Of a stretch of 64,000 nt of DNA, positions 50,647 through 62,443 are shown one piece after another. The notes below the pieces were generated by a model, which was not told where the DNA came from, ran no database searches, and saw only the letters and a program-made list of their open reading frames with translations. A program made the position numbers and the translations under genes. How positions within the stretch are numbered: position 1 is the stretch's first letter; every line of letters starts with the position of its first letter. Source of the DNA: Ancylonema sp. (lineage: Eukaryota); the NCBI GenBank assembly GCA_050230475.1, contig JBFLGF010000044.1:1-64000 (forward strand), given 5' to 3'.

Positions 50647-53600
50647 TCACCCCCGCCCCTTGCTCCACAACATCACCCTCAACATCATCCTCTCACTCCA
50701 CCTCACTCTCCTCCCCCACTTCTCCATCACTTCACGCTCCAAATCACTCAAACCCCGTCCCTTCCCCCCCCCCCTCGTCCCCATCCCCCCAACCACCGCA
50801 TCCTCCCACATTCGATCATACGCACTCAAAACCGCTGCCCTCAAACGCCGCCCCTCCTCAATATTTCGGCGTGGAATTGAAAGTGGGTCGAGAATGGACC
50901 CATTCGTACTACTTTGACTACTTTGACAACTTTGACTACTTTGACTACTTCGACTACATTGATTACTTTGAGTACTTTCAATATTTTGGGTCAACTTCGA
51001 CCTTCCCCCGTCTTCATAACCTTGTGCGTCATTCGCGGGTGGAAATCGGCGTTTCCATACGGACATGTCATCATGACACGTGGGCCAATTAGGGAGGGGG
51101 ATTCGTTTCGTTTCCACCCACTCCTTGTGCAACACGTGGCGAAACATGGGCCCTCCATTCACTTCCCCCCCCTCACCTTCGGGCGAGGGGGGGGAGGCGA
51201 TGTACACGAGGGTGGACCCGCGGTAGAAATGCAAACTGTCGACGGCCAAACGGTTGGTTGTGCCGTTGGTTTCGTCGACCTGGGGGGGGGCGAGGAGTGA
51301 TTTTTCTTTGAAGAACGTTGTTGATGCTTGAGAAAAATGAACTAAGAAAAAACATCGGAAGGGTAGGGGGGAAACGAAAAAAAAAAAAAAAAAAAAACAA
51401 CAACTATTGAAGGAGAGGTAACAAGTTAAGAGTTTTGGGTGACGTAGTGGTGGGGGGGGGTTAAACTCTTTACCCCCCCCCACAAACGACAAGTAAATAC
51501 GAAAACGGTGAATAAAATTCAAATTAAGTTGGTAGCATGGGGGGGGGTGAGGAGGAGAACAAACATAAAAGACAAACGAAAACAGAAAAACCCCACACTT
51601 AACCAAACAAAAAACGACCAATTAGGGAGAGGGGGGGGGGGGGGCTGAGGGGGGGGGAGAAGAAAAAAAAACACAACAAAACAAATAGACAAACCAAAAA
51701 AAAAAAAAAAAAACAAGAAATATAAAAATATAAGTCACCTCCGGTGGGGGCCAACAAAGCATAAGCGTCCTCTCCGGGTAGCAACCTGCTTTTTCCGGCC
51801 CTCCTTCCTCCACATTTACGAAAGGGGGAAGGTTGAACGCTCCCGTTCCTGAAGGGTAGTGATATAAAATTTCAGATACCATTTGCTCAAGCTTGTTTTA
51901 AACCTCAGATCTCGATTATCAATTCTCGAATAACGATCTCCAAATTCTCATGTTAAATCTCACAACGAAAAAAAAATAAAGAAATAAAAAATCTCAAGCC
52001 TTGAATCTCGAATCCCAAATCACAAAATTTACATCTCATATTCCGTAGTCGTGTTCCGAAGTTCATGTTCCCAACGTTTGATTTTGCATCTTTCAGTTTA
52101 CAACCTAGAGAAAGGTGCAAAAAAAAAAAAAAAAAAAAAACTACACATTACAAATGTCTTGAGTTCGTTTTCCGGCAGTCCACCCCCCACCCCTCCGCTT
52201 TTACCTGCCCTTTCCCCCCCCAGGACGCTAGCTGGCACTGCGTGATGCCCATTAACGTATGAACCTCCTTGTGGCGCCCAATCAAACGCTGCCACGTGTA
52301 CACCCCTCTCATGGAGGAGGTGCGCCCAATAGCCTGTCCCGGAACCGACCTGGAAAGTAAAATTCATAACCTTTTATTCTATTACTAATCATCACTCTCC
52401 TCCAAAAGAGATTAAAAAAGGAGTTCCATATAACAAGCATCCCACTTTCTTTCTTTGTCATTGTTCTAGTTCTTTTGCAGTTTAGTTTATTTACTTTGCT
52501 CCTTACTTCTGCTTGGATTCTTACTTACGTGACAAGTCTACTACTTCAATATTTGACCGCTTAATTATTTTACTACTTACTACTTCAATACCTTACTACT
52601 TCAATCTATCATCTCATTATTTCTATATGTGTTAACCACTCCATTGCTAGATGCTTCTACTTCTTTATTACATTATATTTTATTTTAAGTTACTCATGAA
52701 CTAAAAAATATAAAATAAAATATAATGAACCCCTGATAGCTTAAGATATGAGATCCTTATCAATAGAAACATATAAAATTCAAACATGCGATAATCACTC
52801 ACCAATCATACAAAATGAGAACCAATTGTGAAAGGGATTTATATTTATCTATTTGTTATTTTTCCTTGAGTCGAGTACGTTCCCATTTACCGACTGTTAC
52901 CATATCAATATCACACCCCAGTTTTCTTCGTGGTAGTTTGTTGCTAAGGATGGTAACGAATATTTGGAACAAATAATACCTCCACTGCTCCATGAGGCGA
53001 CACGTCAGCAATGACTTGAAGCGCTTCTTGGGTGGGCACAGCCCTGGGGCGGATAAAAAGAGAGGGGTATTGATGGAGAGGGATAAGTAAACCATTAGAG
53101 AGTATAAGAGAAGTACACGAGAGGAATAGTAGAGGAAGAGGAAGAGAGTATCAACGCAGTAAGAAGAGGAGTACGTAACAATAGAATTGATGATGCTATT
53201 GGGTACGATGAGGATATGGATATGTACACGCAATGGGGAGAAGAAAGTAATATGACTTATGAAAATACGAACAATAATCGTGAATACAATAATTATAGCA
53301 GCAACAACAACAGTAGTGATGATAATGATCTTGATTATGAGCCATGTGAATGTACGGCATGTATTATCGTAAAATTATTCGTGCTTTAAAATTGTTCTTA
53401 CAAGTAACATTGATTCTCCTAACTCTATGAGAAATAGACATCATACATAATCGTTATGTTACCATTACCATGGTTATGTTAGTATTATCACATTGACAAA
53501 ACTTCCATCCCTGAAAACTTCCTTGACCATAATAGTCCTGATTTTGATAAGAATGACGACTTTTATGTAACGATGGACGTCAAATTATGGTAGTAACAGA

Positions 53601-53876
53601 ATATAGAAAGCAGTGATAACAATCAGTCGACTCTATGTCAACAATAATCTAGAGTAGGAACCTTGACACGTATAATCAAAATAACAACACCTGACCGTAC
53701 ACTCACGATTACAACACGCTGGTTTTTCAGAGTTATGGCGGCGTAAATTACCAGGAGTAGACTCTTCGAAGTGGAACGATTTTGAGGGAGGTGTGGAGAC
53801 GAAGAAGAGAACTTTCGCTTTCAAGGGCCAAGTGATCCCGTATGGTTTCGTGAAAAAGTTTGAGGTACTCGTTCAT
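50647..53876 (-). CDS. Uncharacterised class I SAM-dependent methyltransferase-like protein; exons 53876-53752, 53043-52980, 52349-52205, 51848-51739, 51279-50647 (~358 aa)
   Basis: The spliced product reads PLRRVYSWAVPTQEALQVIA..AVEVGSGTGYWAHLLHERGVHVAAFD...RTLMLCWPPPE...YRGSTLVYI...W..TKRIPLPNWP..HDDMSVWKRR, with motif I E.GSGTG. All phases are consistent. Confidence 0.85.
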
Positions 53877-54822
53877 AATTCAGCAGCTCAGATGGGAATC
53901 AGAATCAGGTCGTCAATGATGCAGAGGCATTGGAATGAGAACTGTGTGCGGAGAATCGTGTTCATATGTGTATCGATCTCTTAGCTCTGTTTTGGCTGTC
54001 TCGTCCGCCATGGGCTACCGGATGTTCTTCGAGGACTCTCCAGCATGACAGAGGAACGGGGTAACCGGAAACATCAGAACCTCGATCACTGTCCGGATAA
54101 CCAGCATCTTCGCCGGTGATCGAGTTGATGAATGTTGTACCGTACAACTTTATACGGTACGGATCATAACGCGGTCAACCCCGACCGCGTTTTTCAGCGT
54201 TTCGAGCGGTGGCGGGATAATTTGGAGCGGATTTAACGGAGCGGTGTTCAACGAGCAGAACTTCTGCCAGCTTGTCAAGATTGGCCTGAGCCGTTGACCG
54301 TTCTGCCAAACAAGAGTACGGTCATAAGTTCACGATTCAGTCGTCCAAACGCTTACATGCAACCGGGTGAGTCAGCATTTTGAGGACGCTGCCCAATGTC
54401 GCGGGAAGCTGAGGCGCGATGATATGGTGGCGCTCAACTTACTGACATCGCGCTGCCACCTATTCGGCGGTCCAGTTTCCGCTGCTGCATGCGAATTTCA
54501 GGCGTATTCCATCAGTAGAATTGTCAATGTCGTATCTAGTTCCCTATCTGCTTTCCGTTACTCCGCTTCCGCTCGTCCAGCTCCCTTCTGATCACCGCCC
54601 CCAACTCGACTATACTTACTGAAAACTTTACGTATACTCCCACCACCAGTGTTTGTAAGTCGCGGACAACGAGCACATCACAGTCCACCAGATCGCAATC
54701 AGATTTATAGCATCTACCACAGATCTACCAGCGCCATCGACCCCCGAGTGTCTAGTCATCCTACTTCCGCACGTGCCCCCGCCACCTCTTTCCCGGTCCC
54801 GTACACTGCTCTTCACTCCATT

Positions 54823-57800
54823 ATGGCACCAACCGCCTGCGTGTCCGTGGATCAGGAAAACAGGCACCTTGGAGATTTGTCTTCTCTTCCTTCCCGAACT
54901 TCCGATAAAAAATTAGCCGCCACGCCTGACAAGCAGAAGAAATCCTTCTCTGGACTGCAATCCGGGTCAGAAATTTCGGAACTGCAGGAACCGACAGCTG
55001 CGCAGACGAAGCCACGTGGCGCTTTGATCGTGCTGGAGGGCCTCGACAGGAGCGGCAAAAGTTCCCAATGCGAGCAGTTGGTAGAGTACCTGAAATCTGA
55101 GGGCAAAAAGGTTCAGCATATAAAATTCCCGGATCGCACTACTGTCACCGGGAGGAGTCTGGATGCTTATCTGAAAAACGCGCTGGAAATGGGGGACCAG
55201 GCGGTGCACAAAATCTTCTTCCAGAACAGGCTAGAAAAAATGTAAGTCAACAAACAGGCTCGACAGGGGTTGTGGGACACCACAAAAGTGGAGTGTTTTT
55301 TCGACATACAAACAATAAGTTGCTCTGAGTCTTTGAAGGACATGTGCCCATATAGCCCGGCTTCGAATTGAGGGTTGTAGCGAAGCTACGCTGCTTGAGA
55401 GCCCGTTCGATCTGATCTGAATAAATCATTACCCGAGTTTCATATCTACGGTTCTATGCGCGGTGTTTTACACACGGGCAGTGGTGTACATTAAAAAAAA
55501 CAAAGGAAAAACTATAGACGCATACACGCACGTGCACACTTGTGTTCACACGTCCATGTCCGTAGATATGCTCATGAAGACATGACCTGACTGCCCCTCC
55601 CCTCCTCCGCTTTGAGGGAATCTCCAACTCTGACTCAATGCGGTTATCTGGACCAACCAACCAACTGATCATCAAGCCAATCAACCAATTAACCAACTAC
55701 AGAGCAGGCAGGCCAGGATCGGCAAGGGGTGGGTGCAAGTATTAATCAGGAGCATCCGCCAAGTGGCTTATCGAATGCCACGTGGCGAACTCTGACAGGC
55801 CGGCTGTCGGTTGGGTGTCGGTTTTCAGGGAGGAAATGGAGGCTGCCCTTGTATCGGGGGTGAGCCTGATTGTGGATCGCTATTCCTATTCGGGGGTCGC
55901 GTTTTCTGCTGCCAAGGGGCTGGATGTGGAGTGGTGCAAGGTCAGTGGTGTACGGACGGGTATCCACAGGGTACCTGAGTGGTGTACGGACGGGTATCCT
56001 CAGGGTATTTGCTTTTAATGAGAGAGATTAGGGGAGGGGGTGGGGCGGGGGGGAAGGGGTGATAAAAGTTGATGCAGAAGAAGGAAATGAAACCAATGTA
56101 ATCAGGAAACTAAAAAAAAACCCAAAAAAAACCCAAAAAATCAAAGAGACAAACCTTATTAACAAACCACGGTACTGGCAATTTTCCAGGAAACCTATGA
56201 CATGTTTTAGAATCCCCCACCCCCTCCCCCTACCCGCAATCTCGTTCATAGTTGTGCGGTTCATCTTTAATGTATGTATTTGTTCATTTTGAAACTGATT
56301 CTATTATGTTAATTTGTTCATATTTATATTACTATTTAATTCTATTATAGTCATGTTATTATCATTTTAATTACTGTTCTACCCCCCCCCCCTGTAATTT
56401 TTCAGTATCAGTATTGCCATTTCGGAACTAAAACTTGCCCCGACCCGCCAGCCCTGTAACAATTGTGTATCGAGAGACTGAAAGTTGATCAGTAAGCTAT
56501 GAAAAACCATCAGTCTCGACTTTCCACACCTTTTTTTTATTCTCGTTCTGGACTGCATTTGTGCCTAAAAACATGCTTATAAGGGGGGTAAGGACCTGTC
56601 CTTGGTGCCGAGTAAAAAAGTTTGTTTTATCGAATCAGTTCGCAATATGATAGCCTCCATTAACACATGGGCCCCTACCCCTCTTAATTTATTTTTCAGA
56701 ACATTGAGACGCCTTTGCCAGCCCCAGATTTGGTTCTGTTCCTCAACATTCCTGTGGAGGTACGATACGCAACTTACGTTTAGACACACTCTGTATAAGC
56801 ACATTCAGAATACAGTAAAACCTGTCTTAATTAATACTGTCGGGACCGGAAAATATTATCATCAAGACAGGTTATCAATTAACACGTCAGATTCTGGGTG
56901 ATAACCGGAAATCGGGCGGTAATTTTTCTATCAGTTAGGACAGGGTATTATTTAGCAAAGTATTAATTAAGACAGGTTTCATTGTAGGGTCACTACGTAT
57001 AGGCATATTCTCTGGTAAGGGACGATGTTTGATAAGTTGCCGACAAATTTTAGGGAGACTTTTGGAAGTGGGACTGGCTTGTCGTCCTCTTATTTCGTAG
57101 CTCCAAAATGTGTTCTTTCAGTTTTGATACTGATGTGTTCTTTCACTATTTATTTGTATCAGTACTGAGACCGGCGTTAATTAGGACATGAGTTAATGTT
57201 CCCGACGTCCTGTAGGTGTCTGGAATATATTTTTTATATTTGTGAAGCTTATATTCCTACACGCTGCATACATGTGCTCATGTGATAATAAGACTACTTA
57301 TCATAAGTTCTGTTTAGTATTCACCGTCTTTATTTTCATTTTTGTCCAGCCTGTCTTCCTGCTTGTTTGTTCTGATTGGCCTTCTGCCACGTGTCTGCCA
57401 CGTGTCTTCCAATTGTCTGCCAGGTGGCGGCCCAAAGAGGGGCTTACGGTGAGGAGAGGTACGAGAAAATGGATTTCCAAAAGAAAGTGGGGCACCAGTT
57501 CGAAATGCTCAGGGATGCTTCCTGGAAGGTGCGTCTGCCACCTGGCCGTGGTGGGAAGAGGGGGAAGGTGGGGTTAGTGCTGGGAGTGAGGAACTCATCC
57601 CAAAATATCTATAAAACTCAAGAACATCTATTAAATACTACTGAATAGTATTTTCAGATCTGATACTAATCAATCCAATAAATAGGATTTTTCAGAGGTA
57701 TTAAAATTTTAAGATGTACGCAAATAATAATCTGTTCTCATGATTTCGTTGTCTTTATGTCGGTCGTTTTTTGAGGTCGGGAGCATGAGAGGAAATGAAA

Positions 57801-58047
57801 CTGTCAGGTCAGGTTATACATTAAAACCAGAGACACTCGATTCTGATCATCCTTATTGTTTTATATTATCATTCTTAGTATAAAACAAATAAAACGTGGA
57901 TTCGTTAATTGTGATTTTCTTTTCCAGGATGTGGATGCGACGGAGAGCATGGAATGTATTCAATCCAAATTGCGCGTTTTGGTGAATGAGGTCGTTGGGA
58001 AATGCGCCTCAGGAGTGCCGCCACTCAACAGGATGTGGCCCTCGTAA
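54823..58047 (+). CDS. TMK: Thymidylate kinase (dTMP kinase); exons 54823-55241, 55829-55940, 56700-56759, 57424-57528, 57928-58047 (~271 aa from the first ATG)
   Basis: [19 protein letters not shown]-loop, [47 protein letters not shown] introns in phase. Confidence 0.96.
56813..56984. mobile_element. Tc1/mariner-superfamily (pogo-like) MITE, 172 bp, in TMK intron 3
   Basis: TIR CAGTAAAACCTGTCTTAATTAATACT / AGTATTAATTAAGACAGGTTTCATTG; TA TSD. Confidence 0.9.
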
Positions 58048-59536
58048 AAAAAATATAAAAACAAATAAAAAAATGTGGGACGAATGTTGTTGACATTCAA
58101 CAAAATTGATTGAATTCCAGATGTAGAGGGTTTAGAAACCCTCACCTAGTGTTGTAGACTACTAGAGAAGAGTAGATTAGGTTAGAATGGACGTTGTACG
58201 TTTGACTTGATAGAAGTTGACTAGATTAGGCTTGACTTAGCTCGAAAATTGCACATTAGTTTGTCCGAAATTGCACATTAGTTTGTTTGAAAAAGTTCAT
58301 AATGCCCTCCTTGTAATTGTACTTGCTCGGAAGCGGAAAGAATTAGCCCGTGGGTTCCGCCCGTGGGCGCGGTTGGGCGGAGCTAAAAGGGCGGTCGACA
58401 ATTTTACATACAAAGTTTCGAAAAAGGCAAACTTTTAAATGATTCGTGTGTTTTGAACGTTGAATATGAGTTTGGTTCAGCATGTTGTTGATACATTCGA
58501 TTTAGTTATTTACCCAAATGATATGAGGTGGTATTGTTGACATTCCATTCGGCCGTTTTCTGGCCTTGTCTAAGTGCATGGACCGGCATCGTTTTATTTT
58601 CGGACCACGATCCCATCGGGTCCGGAATCTGGACACAGGCAAACCGCGATTCTTGATAGTAATTTTTTGCTTTGTTTTTTCTTTCGCGAAACGTGGCGAC
58701 CAATTCTTTCCACGAAACTAGCACGTGTGATATCTATGCGCTATTTGTTTTCGACAATAACTTGCAAACAAAAAAACAACTTTGGATTTTCCCAACCGGT
58801 GATAATTCAAGAGTGATAAGAAATTTGTGGGCGGAGAAGAGTAAGATATAATTATATGTGGACATGGGTGTACCAAAGTGGACGATGATTTCATGATGTT
58901 GTTAAATAATATGGAGATGTAGAGATAGATAGATTCTAGATTGACAAGTAGAGGAGGATTGGTACTAATTCATATATTATATAGAATAAGTTAAGAGGAC
59001 ATCTTTATGATTTTTTGGTTCAAAAGTGTGATAAGAACTAAGATCTAAGGGTAAGGTGCGTAGTGATGGCGACAAATTCATATCAATACGTCATCCCATC
59101 AACACGGTGGGACAAAATAATTCCCAAGACGAATTCGATTTGATTTCGCAACTTGAATGGATGGGGCTGGGTGGGGGATGGGGGGGGGGGGGGGGTTTGG
59201 GCAGGCGGGGTCGGCGGTAGAACCGCTGGGTCCACGCGTAAGACGTATCCCGAGTCGGACACGCTGTGTCGGACACGCTGTGTCGGACACGTGTGCCTAC
59301 AGGAACCGTGTCGAGGTGTGCACTGCAGCATCGCTTCTTGAAGCCTGTCAGCACGTTTTCCGCGGCACGTGTGGCGCGTTCCAGGGGCGCGTCAACCGTT
59401 CGAGCTGGAAAAATCACATGTATGCCGTTCGCCTAACAATTATTTTCGACCGTCAGAGCACCATGGCTCATCAACGAGGGCCACCAGCCTACGATCCTTA
59501 AGTTACTCATTGACTTTGTCAGCTCTGCAGGAAATC

Positions 59537-60748
59537 ATGGTCCTGCCGACGAGCTACTTGCTTTTCATTATGGCTGTAGTTCTGACTGCTGGAAGTCGGT
59601 CTGTTACTGCTGTCGAGACCTTGCATCCGAATCCGCACGTGGCATGCTCGGGTATGTTCCAGAGGTGGAGTCATGTGATGTTCAGTGATGCAGACGAAGA
59701 CGGGTGCAGTTGTTTCGGGAGGATCCAGGATGTCAAATACCGTCGAATCATCGCCATGTTTTCGTGTGCAGTTTTTTGCCGCCAACGAAGATGACGCGGA
59801 AACTTTTTTATTGGTCGCGACCCTGTGTCATGCTGACGTCATCACGAAGTAGATCGTGTTCCCACTACCGTAAATCTGACCCCAAGTCGCAGTACGGAGT
59901 ATTTCTCTCACGTGTGTATCACCTCCTGTTCTTGCCACCCGTCAATGGGCGCGTGGGCGCGTGGACAGCTTGTGAGGAGCTCGTTGGCATCTTGGTGCAG
60001 GCCGTACAGCAACCAAGCTCACATGTAACCACGAACCAGAACCTGACGTGTCAGATGGAGAGAGGCTATGAATCTTGAGGTTATGTCGGCACTAGTCCTC
60101 GATGCAAGAACCTGATTCTACATAGGGATGATGTCATTAGTACCGGCACACAGAGCATGTTCGTTATTTCCGTTATATTCTTTCATTTGTTATAAACCAT
60201 CCCGACTTCTCCTTGGTTTCATTCCATGGTGGCGTGAAACCAAACTGGAAACCAATTTGTGTTTTTGTTACTTTCCCTCAAACCAAATGACCATCCTTGA
60301 ATCCAAAGCGAATTCAAAACGAATTCAAAGTGAATTCAAAGTGAACTCAAAGTGAATCAAAATTGAATCCTAAGTGAATCCAAAGTGAATTCAAAGTGAA
60401 CTCAAAGTGAATCCACATTGTACCTGCTTTCCACTCACACCTCCCGTTCTTCCTCCATATCCACTTTTTTCATCCCTTCTTCTTCCTTCTTTCTTCTTCC
60501 TTCTTTCTTCCTTCTTCTTTCCTCTTTCTTCTCTCTTCCTTCGTCCTTCTTCCTTCTTCTTTCTTCTTTCTTTCTCCTCAGCTGCGCGGTCAGATGGTTC
60601 GAGAGCGTGACGTGAGCGGCGAGTGGCAACATGTGTCGTATGTGGGAAGTCGTTCCTACGTCAACGAACTTCAAAAGATGATATGCGCGAGTGACTCTGT
60701 CGCTCATCTCAAGCTGTAAGCATCTCCCCCATCACAAGACTTCTACTG

Positions 60749-60791
<43 letters not shown>

Positions 60792-62443
60792 AATTACAAA
60801 TACTACTACTACTACTACTACTAATAATAATAATGCTACTACATTTACTACTACTACTACCACTACTACTACCACTACTAGTACTACTAGTGCTAATACC
60901 AATATTACTAGTACTTTACTGCTTCCACTACTTGTATCCGTGCTAGTAATAGCAGTGGGGGAGAGGAGTTTAGTTCCTATTTCTTCTCCAAAACTTTGGA
61001 CTAGTTCGCCACAATCGGAATTTCATTTTCGCTTTCACACCTCTCACCCCTCCCTCAATGCTCTCATAGTCCTCGAAACCGGAACTACAATCGCAACCGT
61101 AACCCCCTTCATAACCGTAACCGTAACCCCAACCATGTGTGCAGTCATGACGGATGGTTGGGCATGCCCCGCTTCCGCTTCGATACCCGGCCCCGCTACG
61201 GGCGACAAGGGAGTAAGGCGGACCCACGTCTATTGCACGCGGTACGTATGATAGGACACATGGGAAGCAAGTTCAAGTACCACCCCCTCTTCCCTTCTCC
61301 TCTTTCCTCTTTCTCTTCTCCTTTTTCCTCCTTCCCTTTTACTTTTTTCTCTTTCCTCTTTCCTTTTTTCCTCTTTCCTTTTTTCCTCTTTCCTCTTTCC
61401 TTCTTCCACTTTCCTTTTCCTTTTTCCTTTTTCCTCTTTCTTTTCCTTGTACCATTTTCGTACTTGTGAGGGGGAGGCGTTTTTTGGCGTTTTTTTCTCA
61501 TTTACATCTTGGGCAAGTCAACGGGTTGTGGTCACTTCACACGTGTGCACACGCGGCAAGGTCATTCACCGCGTGGATGTGTGCGTGTAGTGCGATGTGA
61601 TGACACGTAGCAAGAATCGGGAGGTGGTCACCCAATCGGTTCAAGAGTTGGCACCAAAATTGAGTCCCAAGGGCGTGCAAGGCATCGTGTGTGATCGGTT
61701 GCTGAGAGGTGAACATTCTTCCCTCGATATAGGCACACCATGGGGTGGTGATCAATAATCCCTCGATATAGGCACACTATGGGGTGGTGAAAACGGGGTT
61801 GAAGGTAGGGGACAACATTAGAGCTACACGTGTCATTAATTATCGGTCCACAACTTTGATAAACACGAGTGTTAATATTATACATCATGGAATAAGATGA
61901 CGTTAACAAATGTAATATATGGTTATTGCATAGTATCCGATGTACTATTTATCAACTTTATGAATAGTGCCCAAATTTCTCAAGTGCTGCATATTGCAAA
62001 ATCCCTTTTTTATCAACCTTACCGTTTTTCCATTTTGCCTTCTTGCCATTGTCCCATTTTGTCTTTGTGCCATTTTGCCATGGTGCCATGCTGTCGTTTT
62101 TGCCCCATCCGCGGGAGCCACCTTTTGACCTTCGTTTTCCAATATACACCCCGCAGCATGCGCCCACAAAGGAGATGCACTGCTTCTCCTCCCCACCCTC
62201 CTCCACCAGGCGCTAGTGGAAGACCCATCGATCGCCCTCCGCCTCCTCCCCCTCGCTCTCATTTCGTGTCTTGCGGTGGCGATGGTCGCTCATTCATGCG
62301 CCACGTCGGCATCCATTGTGGGGGAGTATTTGGGCACGAGAACGGGGGGTGGACCCGCTGACGTGGACGCGGTTTTTGAAGGGCAAGGGGGGAAGAACGT
62401 GCAAAGAATCAGAGGGAGGGAGAAACGCCGGGTAAAGAGATAG
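59537..62443 (+). CDS. Saposin-like / canopy (DUF3456-like) protein with signal peptide and C-terminal hydrophobic segment; exons 59537-59651, 59969-60024, 60582-60715, 61145-61241, 61591-61708, 62157-62443 (268 aa)
   Basis: Six GT-AG exons join in phase without stops. The product has a hydrophobic N-terminus, six Cys in saposin spacing (CSAC, MIC, HAC, IVC, RAC), canopy-like YVGSRSYVNELQKMIC and TM-like IALRLLPLALISCLAVAMVA. Confidence 0.72.
60303..60413. repeat. 11-bp repeat (AAAGTGAATTC-like), intronic
   Basis: Read directly. Confidence 0.85.
60743..60912. repeat. (ACT)n microsatellite, intronic
   Basis: Read directly. Confidence 0.95.
61721..61790. repeat. Direct repeat CCCTCGATATAGGCACACYATGGGGTGGTGA x2
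   Basis: Read directly. Confidence 0.85.

Noticed and set aside
60691..61501. Thr-rich and Lys-rich ORFs
   Set aside because: They are translations of (ACT)n and CT-rich intronic tracts of the saposin-like gene.
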